A stretch of DNA of 48,121 nt from Chthonomonadaceae bacterium (GCA_035650735.1 DASRGZ010000052.1:1-48121); one strand, 5' to 3'. Counted from the stretch's first letter, positions 1 through 9,779 are shown. The notes: a model not told the origin generated them from the sequence alone. Program-made: numbers and translations.

Positions 1-27
1 GCCGCCCTCTAGCCGGGTATTTTCCAT

Positions 28-287
28 GCCCGGCACGGATCGGAGGTTTTCAACCCCCGGCTCCAGGGCCTAACGGCCAAGCGACTGCAAGGGACGCCGC
101 TCAACGGTTCGCGGCTCGGCCTTGCGACTAGCGGACGCCCCGTAAAGCCCGGTGTTCCGTCCGCAGTCGCAAGGCAAAGGCACGCGTGTCGCGAGGCGGA
201 GGCGCCGACCCTGGCAGTGGTAGCGCCGTCCCTTGCAGTCGGTTGGCGGCAGGGCCGCCTACCAGACGGGTACTTTCCGTGCCCGGC
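28..287. mobile_element. MITE-like element (family A), copy with nested hairpin modules; preceded by the right end of another copy (1-35)
   Basis: Right end agacgggtactttccgtgcccggc (264-287) and internal sequence 61-166 match the TIR-bounded element at 22131-22308; 1-35 matches 22275-22309. Confidence 0.7.
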
Positions 288-339
288 CCGAGAGGGATTC
301 AGACGGAAAACCTGAGGGAGGTCGAGGAGGAAAGGTATC

Positions 340-1221
340 GTGCCGCTGGCTTCTACTCTGGAGATATTGCGCCGCGCCCGGCGCGAAGGCTACGCCGTTG
401 CCGGTTTTGAGCCGTATAACATAGAACAGATCCAGGCGGTGATCGAGACGGCGGAGGAAGAGCGCGCGCCGGTACTGATCCAGCTCTGGGCGGAAGTCAT
501 TCAGACATGGGGCGTGGAGGCGCTGGTCGGCATCGTGCGCGAGGCCGCCGGACGCGCGCAGGCGCCCGTCGGGCTGCACCTGGACCACGCCACCGACGAC
601 GCGCTGATTGATGTCGCCCTCGCCGCCGGATTTACCTCAGTCATGTTCGACGGCTCGACGCTGCCGCTGGAGGAGAATATCGCGCGCACGCGGGCGGTCG
701 TGGCGCGGGCACATGCGCGCGGCGTCCCCGTCGAGGCGGAGCTGGGCCTGATCGGCCATCTTCAGCCGCAGGACGACGTGGAGGCCGTCATGGAGCAGGT
801 CACCCGCCTGCTGACCGACGTGCCCACGGCCGTGCGCTTTGTCCGCGAGACGGGGCTGGATGTCCTGGCCCCCGCCGTCGGCACGATCCACGGCTGCCGG
901 CTGCCGGTGGCCCGCGTGGATATTGCGCGCATCGCCGCCCTCGCCGAGGCGACCGGCGTGCCCCTGGCGCTCCACGGAGGCAGCGGTGTCGGCGATAGGG
1001 TCATCCAGGAGGCGATCCGCGCGGGCATCGCCAAAGTAAACATAGATACGGAAGTCCGGACGGTAACTATTGCGGCGCTCAAGGAGGCCGTCGCCCACAT
1101 CGGCACGACCGGGGCGCCCATCTTTATGGATTTCGCCGCCTACCCACGCGCGGTCAAGGCGGCCACCAAAGAGGCCGTACGCCACCGCCTGCGTATGGTG
1201 GGTGCTAGCGGCAAAGCCTGA
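340..1221 (+). CDS. Class II fructose/tagatose-bisphosphate aldolase family protein
   Basis: Motifs HLDH, FTSVMFDGS, VEAELG, GTIHG, LALHGGSG, KVNIDT; RBS GAGGAG upstream of GTG. Confidence 0.92.
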   Translation: MPLASTLEILRRARREGYAVAGFEPYNIEQIQAVIETAEEERAPVLIQLWAEVIQTWGVEALVGIVREAAGRAQAPVGLHLDHATDDALIDVALAAGFTSVMFDGSTLPLEENIARTRAVVARAHARGVPVEAELGLIGHLQPQDDVEAVMEQVTRLLTDVPTAVRFVRETGLDVLAPAVGTIHGCRLPVARVDIARIAALAEATGVPLALHGGSGVGDRVIQEAIRAGIAKVNIDTEVRTVTIAALKEAVAHIGTTGAPIFMDFAAYPRAVKAATKEAVRHRLRMVGASGKA

Positions 1222-1229
1222 AGGAGAAG

Positions 1230-1731
1230 CCCTCACCCCCGGCCCCTCGTGTAGGGAGTAGGGTATAGGGTGTAGGGTCGCCTGCCCTCACCCCCTAACC
1301 CCACTGCAAGGGTCGGCGCTCAACGGTTCGCGCCTCCGCCTTGCGAGCCCCGGCGCTGCGGGAGAGGGGAGAGCAGAAGCCAGGGTTTTCCTCTGCCCAC
1401 GTCGGTGTCGCAAGGCGGAGGGCCGAATTATTGCAGGCCCGACCCTGGCAGTCAGCGGGCCTGGCTAGGCGGAGGTTCCCAACCGTTGAGGAACCGACCC
1501 TAGCAGAGCCCCACAGCGGCAGGGTTTAGCCCATAACTGTTGAATGCTCGCCTGCTAACTGACGTTGTTGCGCCCTATTGACAGACGTTGTACCCGAAGC
1601 AGAGCGGTTATTGATGGCAAGCATTGAATTTTCTGCTGTCGGTAACACTCAAGGACAGACAACAGCGCGCTACGAGCGAACGGCCATTCAACGAGTATGG
1701 GGGTTAGCCTGCCGCTATAGGGGGTTAGGTC
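1230..1731. repeat. Composite intergenic repeat (REP-like family C shell with G-rich heptamer tract, three 45-nt hairpin modules and a MITE)
   Basis: Begins ccctcacccccggcccctc, ends gggggttaggtc; segments shared with 33376-33657 and 36315-36817 (57 nt identical at 1400-1456 and 33444-33500). Confidence 0.85.
1530..1701. mobile_element. 172-bp MITE with imperfect 17-bp TIRs and 6-bp target duplication
   Basis: CCCATAactGTTGAATG ... CATTCAACgagTATGGG; flanked by gtttag/ggttag; removal regenerates agcggcagggtttagcctgccgct seen intact at 33616-33639. Confidence 0.8.
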
Positions 1732-1756
1732 AGAAGACGGCGAAAGGACAGGGATC

Positions 1757-2320
1757 ATGGAGGATCATCCGCTGCTGGTGTTTGCGATAGAGCGGGCGGC
1801 GCCTCCGCTGCGCGCCCTGCGCGATGCGCTGCAAGCGGCGGGCTACCCGGCGGGCATCGGCGTCGGCACCGTGGGCGAGGCAACCGAGGAACAGCTTGAC
1901 AGCACGGATTGGGAGGCGGCTTTCATTCGCTGGACCGAGCCTAACCCCCATGAGGTGGCACTGGTGGAGCGTGCCCTCTGCGAGCGTGAGGAGGAGGCCG
2001 CCAACGCCGTGGCGCAGGCGCTGCGCCTGGTCGCCAATTACCCCGAATCCGCCGGCAGGCTGATTGTCGCAGATCACCTGCGGCGCATCCAGGCCGTCTA
2101 TGCCTGGCAGCTCTACGACCCGCTCCTGGCCGATGAGGACCACCCGGCCTGGGAGGCGCTGGATGTGGCGCTGCGCACCCTCGCCCAGCAAAGCGATGGC
2201 ATCATCTACGCCCAGGCGGAAGGCTTTTATGATGCCGACGGCGAAATGCTGCTCCTGGAGGCAGGGGACGAGATAGAGCTTGGAAATTGGGAGGAAGAGG
2301 ACGAAGACGAGGAAGAGTAA
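1757..2320 (+). CDS. Hypothetical acidic protein (187 aa)
   Basis: ORF with RBS, host-like codon usage, acidic tail; no recognised domain. Confidence 0.8.
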   Translation: MEDHPLLVFAIERAAPPLRALRDALQAAGYPAGIGVGTVGEATEEQLDSTDWEAAFIRWTEPNPHEVALVERALCEREEEAANAVAQALRLVANYPESAGRLIVADHLRRIQAVYAWQLYDPLLADEDHPAWEALDVALRTLAQQSDGIIYAQAEGFYDADGEMLLLEAGDEIELGNWEEEDEDEEE

Positions 2321-2372
2321 GCCCTGCTCGCGTCCCCGCAATCACGAACGGATAGATGGAGTTCAACCACGC

Positions 2373-3254
2373 ATGAGCATTCTGATAGATGAGACCACGC
2401 GCGTGCTCGTACAGGGCATCACCGGGCGCGACGGCAGCTTTCATACGGCCCAGATGATCGAGTACGGCACCCAGGTCGTTGCCGGCACGACGCCGGGCAA
2501 GGGCGGCCAGGTCACGCAGGGCGTCCCGGTGTTCAATACCGTGCAGGAAGCGGTCCGGGAGACGGGAGCCAACGCCTCCGTGATCTTCGTCCCCGCCCGC
2601 ATGAATGCCGCCGACGCCATTGTGGAGGCCGCCAGCGCGGGCATACCGCTCGTCGTCTGCATCAGTGAAAACATTCCGACCCAGGATATGATCCGGGTCA
2701 ACGCCGTCCTTAAGCGCGACGGCAGAACCCGGCTTATCGGGCCGAACTGTCCCGGACTGATCTCGCCCGGCAAATGCAAGATCGGCATCATCCCCGGCAG
2801 CATCTTCACGCCCGGCCCGGTCGGTCTGGTCTCGCGCAGCGGCACGCTGACCTACGAGATCGCCGACGAGTTGACACGCGCCGGATTGGGCCAATCCACC
2901 GGCGTCGGTATCGGCGGGGACCCGATGATCGGCACCAAGTTTGTGGACATCCTGCCGATGTTCGAGGCCGACCCACAGACGGAGGCGATTGTGCTGGTCG
3001 GCGAGATCGGCGGCAGCGATGAGGAGGCAGCGGCGGAAGTTATCAAGACCATGCGGAAGCCGGTGGTCGGTTTCATCTCCGGGCGCACCGCGCCTCCCGG
3101 CAAGCGCATGGGCCATGCCGGAGCGATCATCTCCGGCACCAGCGGCACGCCGCAGGCCAAAGTCGCCGCATTGCAGGCCGCGGGCGTTCCCGTCGCCGAT
3201 GCCCCGCATGAGATTCCCGAGCTCATCCGGCAGGCGCTGGCAAAGGCGCATTAG
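2373..3254 (+). CDS. sucD: Succinate-CoA ligase subunit alpha
   Basis: [45 protein letters not shown] phospho-His motif. Confidence 0.97.
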   Translation: MSILIDETTRVLVQGITGRDGSFHTAQMIEYGTQVVAGTTPGKGGQVTQGVPVFNTVQEAVRETGANASVIFVPARMNAADAIVEAASAGIPLVVCISENIPTQDMIRVNAVLKRDGRTRLIGPNCPGLISPGKCKIGIIPGSIFTPGPVGLVSRSGTLTYEIADELTRAGLGQSTGVGIGGDPMIGTKFVDILPMFEADPQTEAIVLVGEIGGSDEEAAAEVIKTMRKPVVGFISGRTAPPGKRMGHAGAIISGTSGTPQAKVAALQAAGVPVADAPHEIPELIRQALAKAH

Positions 3255-3318
3255 CCGCAAAGAAGCGCACATAAACGCAAGTGAATTAGCCCTCACTCCC
3301 TTCCCCGCTCCCGCAGCC

Positions 3319-3348
3319 CTCTCCGGGCCTCCAAAAAGGCCCGGAGAG
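3319..3348. terminator. GC-rich hairpin after sucD (possible terminator or degenerate repeat)
   Basis: ctctccgggcct-ccaaaa-aggcccggagag 12-bp stem; no U-tract. Confidence 0.4.
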
Positions 3349-3445
3349 CAGAGATAGTCAGGCGACGTAGAGGAAGGATTTCAATTCAGGCATCGCGAAC
3401 CTTCCCTCGTCACTTCTGCGAACGGATTCTACGTGTACAACGCCC

Positions 3446-6401
3446 ATGAAACGCCCGGACAGTCCTGCCATTCCTCCCATCTGTAGGATAGAAATGTTCG
3501 GTGGGCTGCGGGTTTACCTGGGCGAGCAGCTTATCGCTCGGTTCACCACCCAGAAAGCCGCCTCTCTGCTTGCCTACCTCGCCTGTCACCGCCGGGAGAC
3601 CCACCCGCGCGAGGTGCTGATCGAGCTCCTCTGGCCCGAGAGTGAACCGAAAGCAGGCCGCGCCAGCCTCAGCCAGGCCCTCTCTTCCCTGCGCCGTCAA
3701 CTGGAGCCGCCGGGCGTTCCTACCGGCGCCCTTCTCCAGACGACCTATGCCTCCGTTGGATTGAACGCCGACGCGGTCACCACAGACGTTGCTGCGTTTG
3801 AAATGGCGCTGCGTCTGGCGGCGCAGACGTTAGACGGCAGGGAGCGGGCGCCGTTGCTGACGCAGGCGCTGGAGCTCTATCGCGGAGAGTTGCTGCCCGG
3901 CTTCTATGAAGACTGGGTGCTGGTAGAGCAACGGCGGCTGGCGGACCTGCATTTTCAGGCGGCACGCCGCTTATCCGCGTGCCTGCAAGAGGCCGGAGAA
4001 TCGGATCGTGCGCTCGATGTCGCGCGCCGTGCGCTCTCCGCCGACCCGCTGCGGGAGGAGGCGCACTCCGACCTGATCCGTCTCTACGCCGCCCTCGACC
4101 AGCCCTCCGCGGCGCTGCGCCAGTATCGGGAACTGGAACGCCTGCTGCGGGAGGAGTTGGGCGCGACGCCCTGCGCGGCTACGCGCGCCCTGGTCGAACG
4201 GCTGCTTCACGAGGCCCCCGTTCTCGCCGGTCCGAACACACCCTCGAAAGCGCAATCCATGCGTCGTCCCCAACGGAAAGAGGGGAAACCGGCCAACCCG
4301 TCTTCCATGTCCTGTCCAGCAAGAAGCGACGGGGACGAGGACCGCACAATAGGCGCCGAGCATTCTATACTGACCGGCTATCTTCCCCCGCAGGCGACCC
4401 GCTTCTTCGGACGTGAGGAGGAGATAAAGAGGTTAGCTGAGATGTCCGTCGGAGCATTTCGGCTAATTACCCTGACCGGGCCGGGCGGCAGCGGCAAGAC
4501 GCGCCTGGCGCTGGAAGTCGCGGGCTGGCTGCGGGAAGTCTACCAGGGGGCCATCTGGTTTGTGCCGTTGGCGGACCTGCGGGACGCGCGCAGAATTCCC
4601 GACACCATCGCCGACGTGCTGTGCCTGCCCCGTTTCCCCAACATCGAGCCGATGGAGCAGGTAGTCGCGGCACTCTCCCGGCAGCCCGCGCTGCTGCTGC
4701 TGGACAACATGGAGCATCTGCTGGCGGCGGAGTGGCGCAAGTCTGAGGACGGCGCGGCGGTCGTGCGGGCGCTGCTGGACCGCGTGCCTTCGCTGACCTG
4801 CCTGGTCACCTCACGGCAGCCGCTCGGCCTCTCCGGGGAACGCGAATTACCGGTCAAGCCCCTGCCGACACCGAACCGGAGTGAAGGAGCAGAGTCATCT
4901 GGGAGCCATGCCAATCCATCCCTCCTCGTGCAGTATCCAAGCGTCGCCCTGTTCGTAGACCGGGCGCAGGCAGTGAAGCCGGATTTCCAGGTAACAGAGC
5001 GGAACGCGGCTGCCGTCGCCGAACTGTGCCGCCGGTTGGAAGGCATCCCACTGACGATAGAGTTGGCGGCGGCGCGCGCAAAGGTCTTGACGCCCGCGCA
5101 AATGCTTCAGCAGTTGGAGCGCCGCTTCGACTTGCTGGTCAGCCGCAAGCGGGACGCGAGTGAGCGGCATCGGTCGCTGTGGGCGGCGGTCGAGTGGAGT
5201 TATCGGCTGCTCTCTCCCGACCTGCGCCGCTTCTTTGCGCGCCTGAGTGTGTTTCGGGGCAGCTGGACGCTGGAGGCGGCGGAGGCGGTCTGTGAGGAGC
5301 CGCTGGCGCTGGACTACCTGGAGTACCTTCAGGAGTGCTCCCTGGTGTTCTCAGAGGAGACAGAACAGGGAATGCGCTTCCATATGCTGGAGACACTGCG
5401 GGAGTATGCGGTGGAGCAGCTGCCGCCTGCCGAGCGCATAGCAGTCGGACGCAGGCATGCCGAATACTTTGTGGCGCTGGTGGAGGAGATCGAGTCCCAC
5501 TCTGTCGGATGGGACGATAGCGTGCAGGTGGACCGGCAAGAGCAAGAGTATGAGAACCTGCAGGCGGCGTTTAAATGGTGCCAGGCAACGGAGGGCGGCG
5601 CGGAGATGGGTCTGCGTCTGATCGGTGGCCTCCGGCGGTTTTGGATGAATCACGGCGCCGTGCACGAAGCGAGGAGATGGCTGGAGGGCATCCAGAACCT
5701 GCTGGCCGCCAGCCGCACGGCACCGCTGCGCATACGTGCAAGGGCGATCTACTGTGCTGTGGGCTTTGTCCCCTCGCATGAGCGCGCTCATACGCTTCTG
5801 GAAGAAAGCGTAGCGCTCGCGCGCGCCTCGGGGGACTGGCGGATGCTTTGCGAGGCGCTGGGTTCGCTGGGGTGTAATGTAGTGCTTGTGCAGGGTGACC
5901 CTGCGCGAGGCTGGGCGCTGCTGGACGAATGCCTGGCCTTGGGACGGGCCGCGGGCGATGAGAGAGTGCTGGCCTTTGCGCTTGGCGCACTGGGGACGAC
6001 GGCGCTCAACCAGGGCGACTTTGAGCGGGCGACCCCGTGGCTGGAGGAGAGTCTGGACCTCTATCGCCGGATCGGCTATTGGCCTGGCGTCACTACCTTG
6101 CTCGGCGAACTGGGCTATCTGTACGTCCAGCAAGGGAACTATGACCGCGCCGCCGTCCTATTTGAGGAGGAAGTGGCCCTATTTCGGAAATGGAAGAATA
6201 CGACGGGTGTTGCCCACGCTCTCTGGCATCTGGCGAACGTGGCACGAGGCCGGGAAGATTACGCGCAGGCCATGATCCTCCTGGACGAGAGCCTAGCCTT
6301 GCGGCGGGAACTGGACGACAAGGCCGGTATTGCCGATGCACTCGCCAGTATGGGCACGGTCGCGCTGTGTCAAGGAGACTATGCACAGGCAAGCCAATTT
6401 T
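3446..6401 (+). pseudogene. SARP/BTAD + P-loop NTPase (NB-ARC-like) + TPR regulator, truncated by IS insertion (ORF reads on into the IS to 6502)
   Basis: N-terminal MFGGLRV..LLAYLA..ELLWP, DPLREEAH; GPGGSGKT; LLLLDNMEH; LEGIPLTIELAAAR; TPR repeats ending abruptly at GDYAQASQF, where the IS right end begins. Confidence 0.88.
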
Positions 6402-6560
6402 GTCAGATACCCCTGGCTAAAGCGCAGGGGCTTGCGCCTGGTTGGAAGCAATCGCCTCCGACCGACACAATAGGGCGTCTGAACATTCGCCCCGTACTTT
6501 AAGGTTTCTCGCCGCGTTATAGTCGGCGTTGGCCTCAAAGCCACACTGTAAACAGTGGAA
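6382..6560 (-). ncRNA. Predicted TnpB omega/reRNA: scaffold overlapping the tnpB 3' end, guide 5'-AAAAUUGGCUUGCCUGUGCA from flanking DNA
   Basis: Established TnpB architecture applied to the right end ...TATCTGAC at 6402; 5' boundary is approximate. Confidence 0.6.
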
Positions 6561-7595
6561 CTTGCTCTGGCTTTTGCGGTTGTCTTTGGCGCAATGTCCG
6601 CACACAGAACAGGTGCGAGACGAGTTGCGCGGGTCAACCAACACAACAGGGATTCCTGCCGCCTCTGCTTTGTAGGCGACGAACGGACGCAGTTGCAGAA
6701 AGGCCCAGTTGCCGAGGAGCCATCGCATTTGCTTCGCGTAGGACGGTGCTACGCACCTACGCTCCGCGTCGCGGGAAACCGTATCTGCCCTGTCTCGGAT
6801 GTTGCCGAGCTCTTCGAGGGCGAGTGCCTTTCGCGAGTGGGATGCAGTACGAACAAGGGATTGGGAAACAACGTGATTGGTGTTGTTGACAAACCGAGAC
6901 TGTTTAGCGCGGATGCGCTTCCAATGCCGCTTTGCAGAACGGGTTCCCTTGCTCTGCAAGAGGCGTCGAATGCGCTTGACGCGGCGGCGAACGGCTTTGA
7001 CGGCTTCGCCCGAATAGGAGTTGCCGTCGCTATCGGTGGCAAGTTCCACGATGCCCAGGTCAACACCAAGAACGCCTTCGCAAACAGGTTCAGGCGCATC
7101 GGCTTCCACCACGACGTGCAGGTAAAATGCCCCGCCACGAAAACACAGGGCAGCCGAGCAGGGCTTCCAGTCGGCGTAACGGGTGTAGTAGTCGCACAGG
7201 CGGAAGGCCACGCAGACACGCCCCTGTGTGGTTGCGAGAGAGGCGCATCCGTCGGCAAGACGCACCCAATACGACCGCGCATCGTAGCGGACGGGGCAGA
7301 GTTCAGACTGAGGACAGTTGGCTTTGCGTCCCTGCTTCGTGCGCTCCGCAACGGATTTGAGGGCTTCGGCGGCCTTCATCCGTGCGGACACGATCAACTG
7401 CGAAGGCAAGTCAGGATGCGCTTTACGTAGAGGCTTGTAAGTGGCCTGATGCAGTCGGGTTCCGTTGCGCTCGTTGTTGTCCCACCCGTAACGACAAACG
7501 ACGTTGAAGCAGGCTGTGGACTGTTCCAGCGTTGCCCGCAAAGCCGATTGGGTGGCAGGATCAACATGCAGTTTCAGGCGCAACGTGACTTTCAA
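6417..7595 (-). CDS. tnpB: RNA-guided endonuclease TnpB
   Basis: RuvC-I GVDLG, RuvC-II ALEEL, Zn finger CSVCG..CLQCG, RuvC-III ADYNAARN. Confidence 0.95.
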   Translation of the reverse strand: MKVTLRLKLHVDPATQSALRATLEQSTACFNVVCRYGWDNNERNGTRLHQATYKPLRKAHPDLPSQLIVSARMKAAEALKSVAERTKQGRKANCPQSELCPVRYDARSYWVRLADGCASLATTQGRVCVAFRLCDYYTRYADWKPCSAALCFRGGAFYLHVVVEADAPEPVCEGVLGVDLGIVELATDSDGNSYSGEAVKAVRRRVKRIRRLLQSKGTRSAKRHWKRIRAKQSRFVNNTNHVVSQSLVRTASHSRKALALEELGNIRDRADTVSRDAERRCVAPSYAKQMRWLLGNWAFLQLRPFVAYKAEAAGIPVVLVDPRNSSRTCSVCGHCAKDNRKSQSKFHCLQCGFEANADYNAARNLKVRGECSDALLCRSEAIASNQAQAPAL

Positions 7596-7745
7596 CTACT
7601 TGCCCTTCTGATTCTCGATGTAGGCTTGTACGACCGTTTGCGAGACGTGCCCGACAAGGCACTTGCGGCGGTACTTGGGACAGAAAACGATGTGCAGGTT
7701 CAGATTGTGGACGCGGTTGCCTGATTTTCGATAGTCTTTGTTCAT
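7596..7745 (-). pseudogene. tnpA: Internally deleted IS200 Y1 transposase (49 aa)
   Basis: Manual translation MNKDYRKSGNRVHNLNLHIVFCPKYRRKCLVGHVSQTVVQAYIENQKGK*: N-terminal HIVFCPKYRR and C-terminal YIENQ present, HUH core absent. Confidence 0.88.
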
Positions 7746-7935
7746 CAAGAGTACTATACCACAAATACTCCCTGCTCACTAACTAAAGCGGAAAGGAGTG
7801 CGGCGGGTTTTTTGACGGCGCGATGCGCGGATTACAGTCTGTGGCTCTGCTTGGAACGCCTACTCGTGCATCGGCCTGATGCGGATGGGCATTCCTCCCC
7901 CGCCTAAAGCGCGGGTGTCTCCTGCCCATATTTTT

Positions 7936-8114
7936 ATGAGATTGTTATCCTTGAGCTCAAGGCGGTACGCGCTCTGGAACCGTCGCATGAGGCGCCACTG
8001 CTCAACTATCTGCGCGCCACGACCATTGAGGTTGGCTTGTTACTGAATTTCGGTCCCAAGCCCGACTTCAAACGCCATCTCTACGAAAATGCGAAAAAGC
8101 AGCTACGCGCATAA
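7936..8114 (+). pseudogene. 3' half of a GxxExxY-family gene
   Basis: EIVILELKAVRALEPSHEAPLLNYLRATTIEVGLLLNFGPKPDFKR, homologous to the C-half of 27261-27701; 5' half replaced by the IS. Confidence 0.88.
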
Positions 8115-8134
8115 CCGACAGCCTTACCCTTAGA

Positions 8135-8170
8135 ATCCGCGTTATCCGTGTCATCCGTCCCGTCCGTGTT
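8135..8170. repeat. Four 9-nt ATCCGYNNN repeats downstream of the GxxExxY fragment
   Basis: atccgcgtt atccgtgtc atccgtccc gtccgtgtt. Confidence 0.8.
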
Positions 8171-8324
8171 AAATACAGCGGAGGGATCTGCCTGCTTTTG
8201 GGGGTAAAATGTAGCCGGGTAGTGTACCCATAGAGAGTTGATACTTCGTCGCCGATGACCTTATCAACTCTGTAGAGGGACACTGCCTGTAGCCGCAGTG
8301 TAAGGAAAAGGAGAGACAACGCCC

Positions 8325-9779
8325 GTGTTGAAGACGCTGTTCCTCAGCCCCCCGTCCTTCGATGGTTTTGATGGCGGCGCAGGGTCGCGATATCAGGCCA
8401 AGCGAGAGATCACGTCCTACTGGTACCCGACGTGGCTGGCCCAGCCCGCCGCGCTCGTGCCGGGCAGCAAGCTCATGGACGCGCCCCCGCACGGCCAGAC
8501 GGTCGAGGATGTGCTGCAAGCGGCCAGAGACTATGAACTGGTCATCCTGCACACCAGCACGCCCTCTCTGGCGAACGATGTGGAGTGCGCCCGCCGCCTG
8601 AAAGAGCAGAACCCGGACGTGAAGGTCGGCTTCATTGGCGCGCACGTGGCCGTACTGCCGGAACAGACGCTCCGCGAGAACCCCGTCATTGATTTCGTCT
8701 GCCGCCACGAGTTCGATTACACCTGCAAGGAGCTGGCGGAGGGCAGGCCCTGGGATCAGATCAATGGCCTTTCCTGGCGGGAGAAGGACGGCTCCCTCCG
8801 GCGCACCGAAGACCGCGATCTGATTCAGGATTGGGATGCCATGCCCAGCGTCTTCCCCGTCTACGCCGAGCACCTGGACATCACCCGGTACTTCATCGGC
8901 TACCTGCTTCACCCCTACGTCTCCTTCTACACCGGGCGCGGCTGCCCCGCCAAATGCACCTTCTGCCTCTGGCCCCAGACCATCGGCGGCCACAAGTACC
9001 GCACCAAATCCCCGGAAGCGGTCGGGCGGGAGATGGAGATCGCCAAAGCGACCTGGGGCAGCAAGGTGCGCGAGTATATGTTTGATGACGACACGTTCAC
9101 CATCAATGAGCCGCGCGCCATCGAGATCAGCAAGCACATGAAGCGGCTCAAGCTGACCTGGAGCTGCAACGCCCGCGCCCACGTCAAGTACGACACCCTC
9201 AAGCAGCTGCGCGACAACGGCCTGCGGCTGCTGCTGGTCGGCTTCGAGTCGGGCAACCAGCAGATCCTCAACCGCATTAAGAAGGGTATCAAGCTGGACA
9301 TGGCCCGCGAGTTCATGCGCAACTGCAAGAAGCTGGGCATCAAGGTTCACGGCACCTTCATCATTGGCCTGCCCGTGGAGACGCCAGAAACGGTGCGCGA
9401 GACGATTGAGTTTGCGAAGGAGCTTGATCCGCACACCATTCAGGTCTCCATTGCCGCGCCCTATCCGGGAACCGAACTCTACGACCAGGCCTTGGCGAAC
9501 GGCTGGTTTGCCCGCGATAGCCTGGTGGCCGGTTCCGGCATCCAGACCTCGACCCTGCAATACGAGCGGATGTCCACCGCCGAGATCGAGGACGCGGTGG
9601 AGCGGATGTACCGGGAGTTCTACTTCCGCCCCAAAAAGATCGCGCAGATCGTCGCCGAAATGGTCACCGACCGGCAGATGCTGGTGCGGCGGCTGCGGGA
9701 AGGCGGCGAGTTCTTCTCCTACCTCAAGGAGCGCAAAGAGCAGGTACGTCAGCGCCAGCGCGAGGCCGTCGCCGCGTAA
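8325..9779 (+). CDS. hpnJ: Hopanoid biosynthesis-associated radical SAM protein HpnJ
   Basis: Diagnostic N-terminus KTLFLSPPSFDGFDGGAGSRYQAKREI..WYPTWLA; GRGCPAKCTFC CxxxCxxC; hpnK nearby. Confidence 0.93.
   Translation: MLKTLFLSPPSFDGFDGGAGSRYQAKREITSYWYPTWLAQPAALVPGSKLMDAPPHGQTVEDVLQAARDYELVILHTSTPSLANDVECARRLKEQNPDVKVGFIGAHVAVLPEQTLRENPVIDFVCRHEFDYTCKELAEGRPWDQINGLSWREKDGSLRRTEDRDLIQDWDAMPSVFPVYAEHLDITRYFIGYLLHPYVSFYTGRGCPAKCTFCLWPQTIGGHKYRTKSPEAVGREMEIAKATWGSKVREYMFDDDTFTINEPRAIEISKHMKRLKLTWSCNARAHVKYDTLKQLRDNGLRLLLVGFESGNQQILNRIKKGIKLDMAREFMRNCKKLGIKVHGTFIIGLPVETPETVRETIEFAKELDPHTIQVSIAAPYPGTELYDQALANGWFARDSLVAGSGIQTSTLQYERMSTAEIEDAVERMYREFYFRPKKIAQIVAEMVTDRQMLVRRLREGGEFFSYLKERKEQVRQRQREAVAA

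Larger units (their letters stand above)
6402..7935 (-). mobile_element. IS200/IS605-family element (truncated tnpA + tnpB), target/TAM 5'-TCAT
   Basis: Minus strand: TCAT|AAAAATATGGGCAG-GAGA-CACCCGCGCTTTAGGCGGG left hairpin; CAAG-CCCCTGCGCTTTAGCCAGGGG-TATCTGAC right end; guide/cleavage tetranucleotides GAGA/TCAT and CAAG/TGAC fit the IS608 pairing rule; no TSD. Confidence 0.9.

Noticed and set aside
6402..6434. GTCA..CCCC..CTAAAG..GGGGCTTG read as an IscB omega-RNA 5' end
   Set aside because: The adjoining ORF is a minus-strand TnpB with no HNH or PLMP; this is its right end
6417..7595. Nuclease-dead TnpB (TldR-type regulator)
   Set aside because: All three RuvC acidic residues are present and the IS ends are intact
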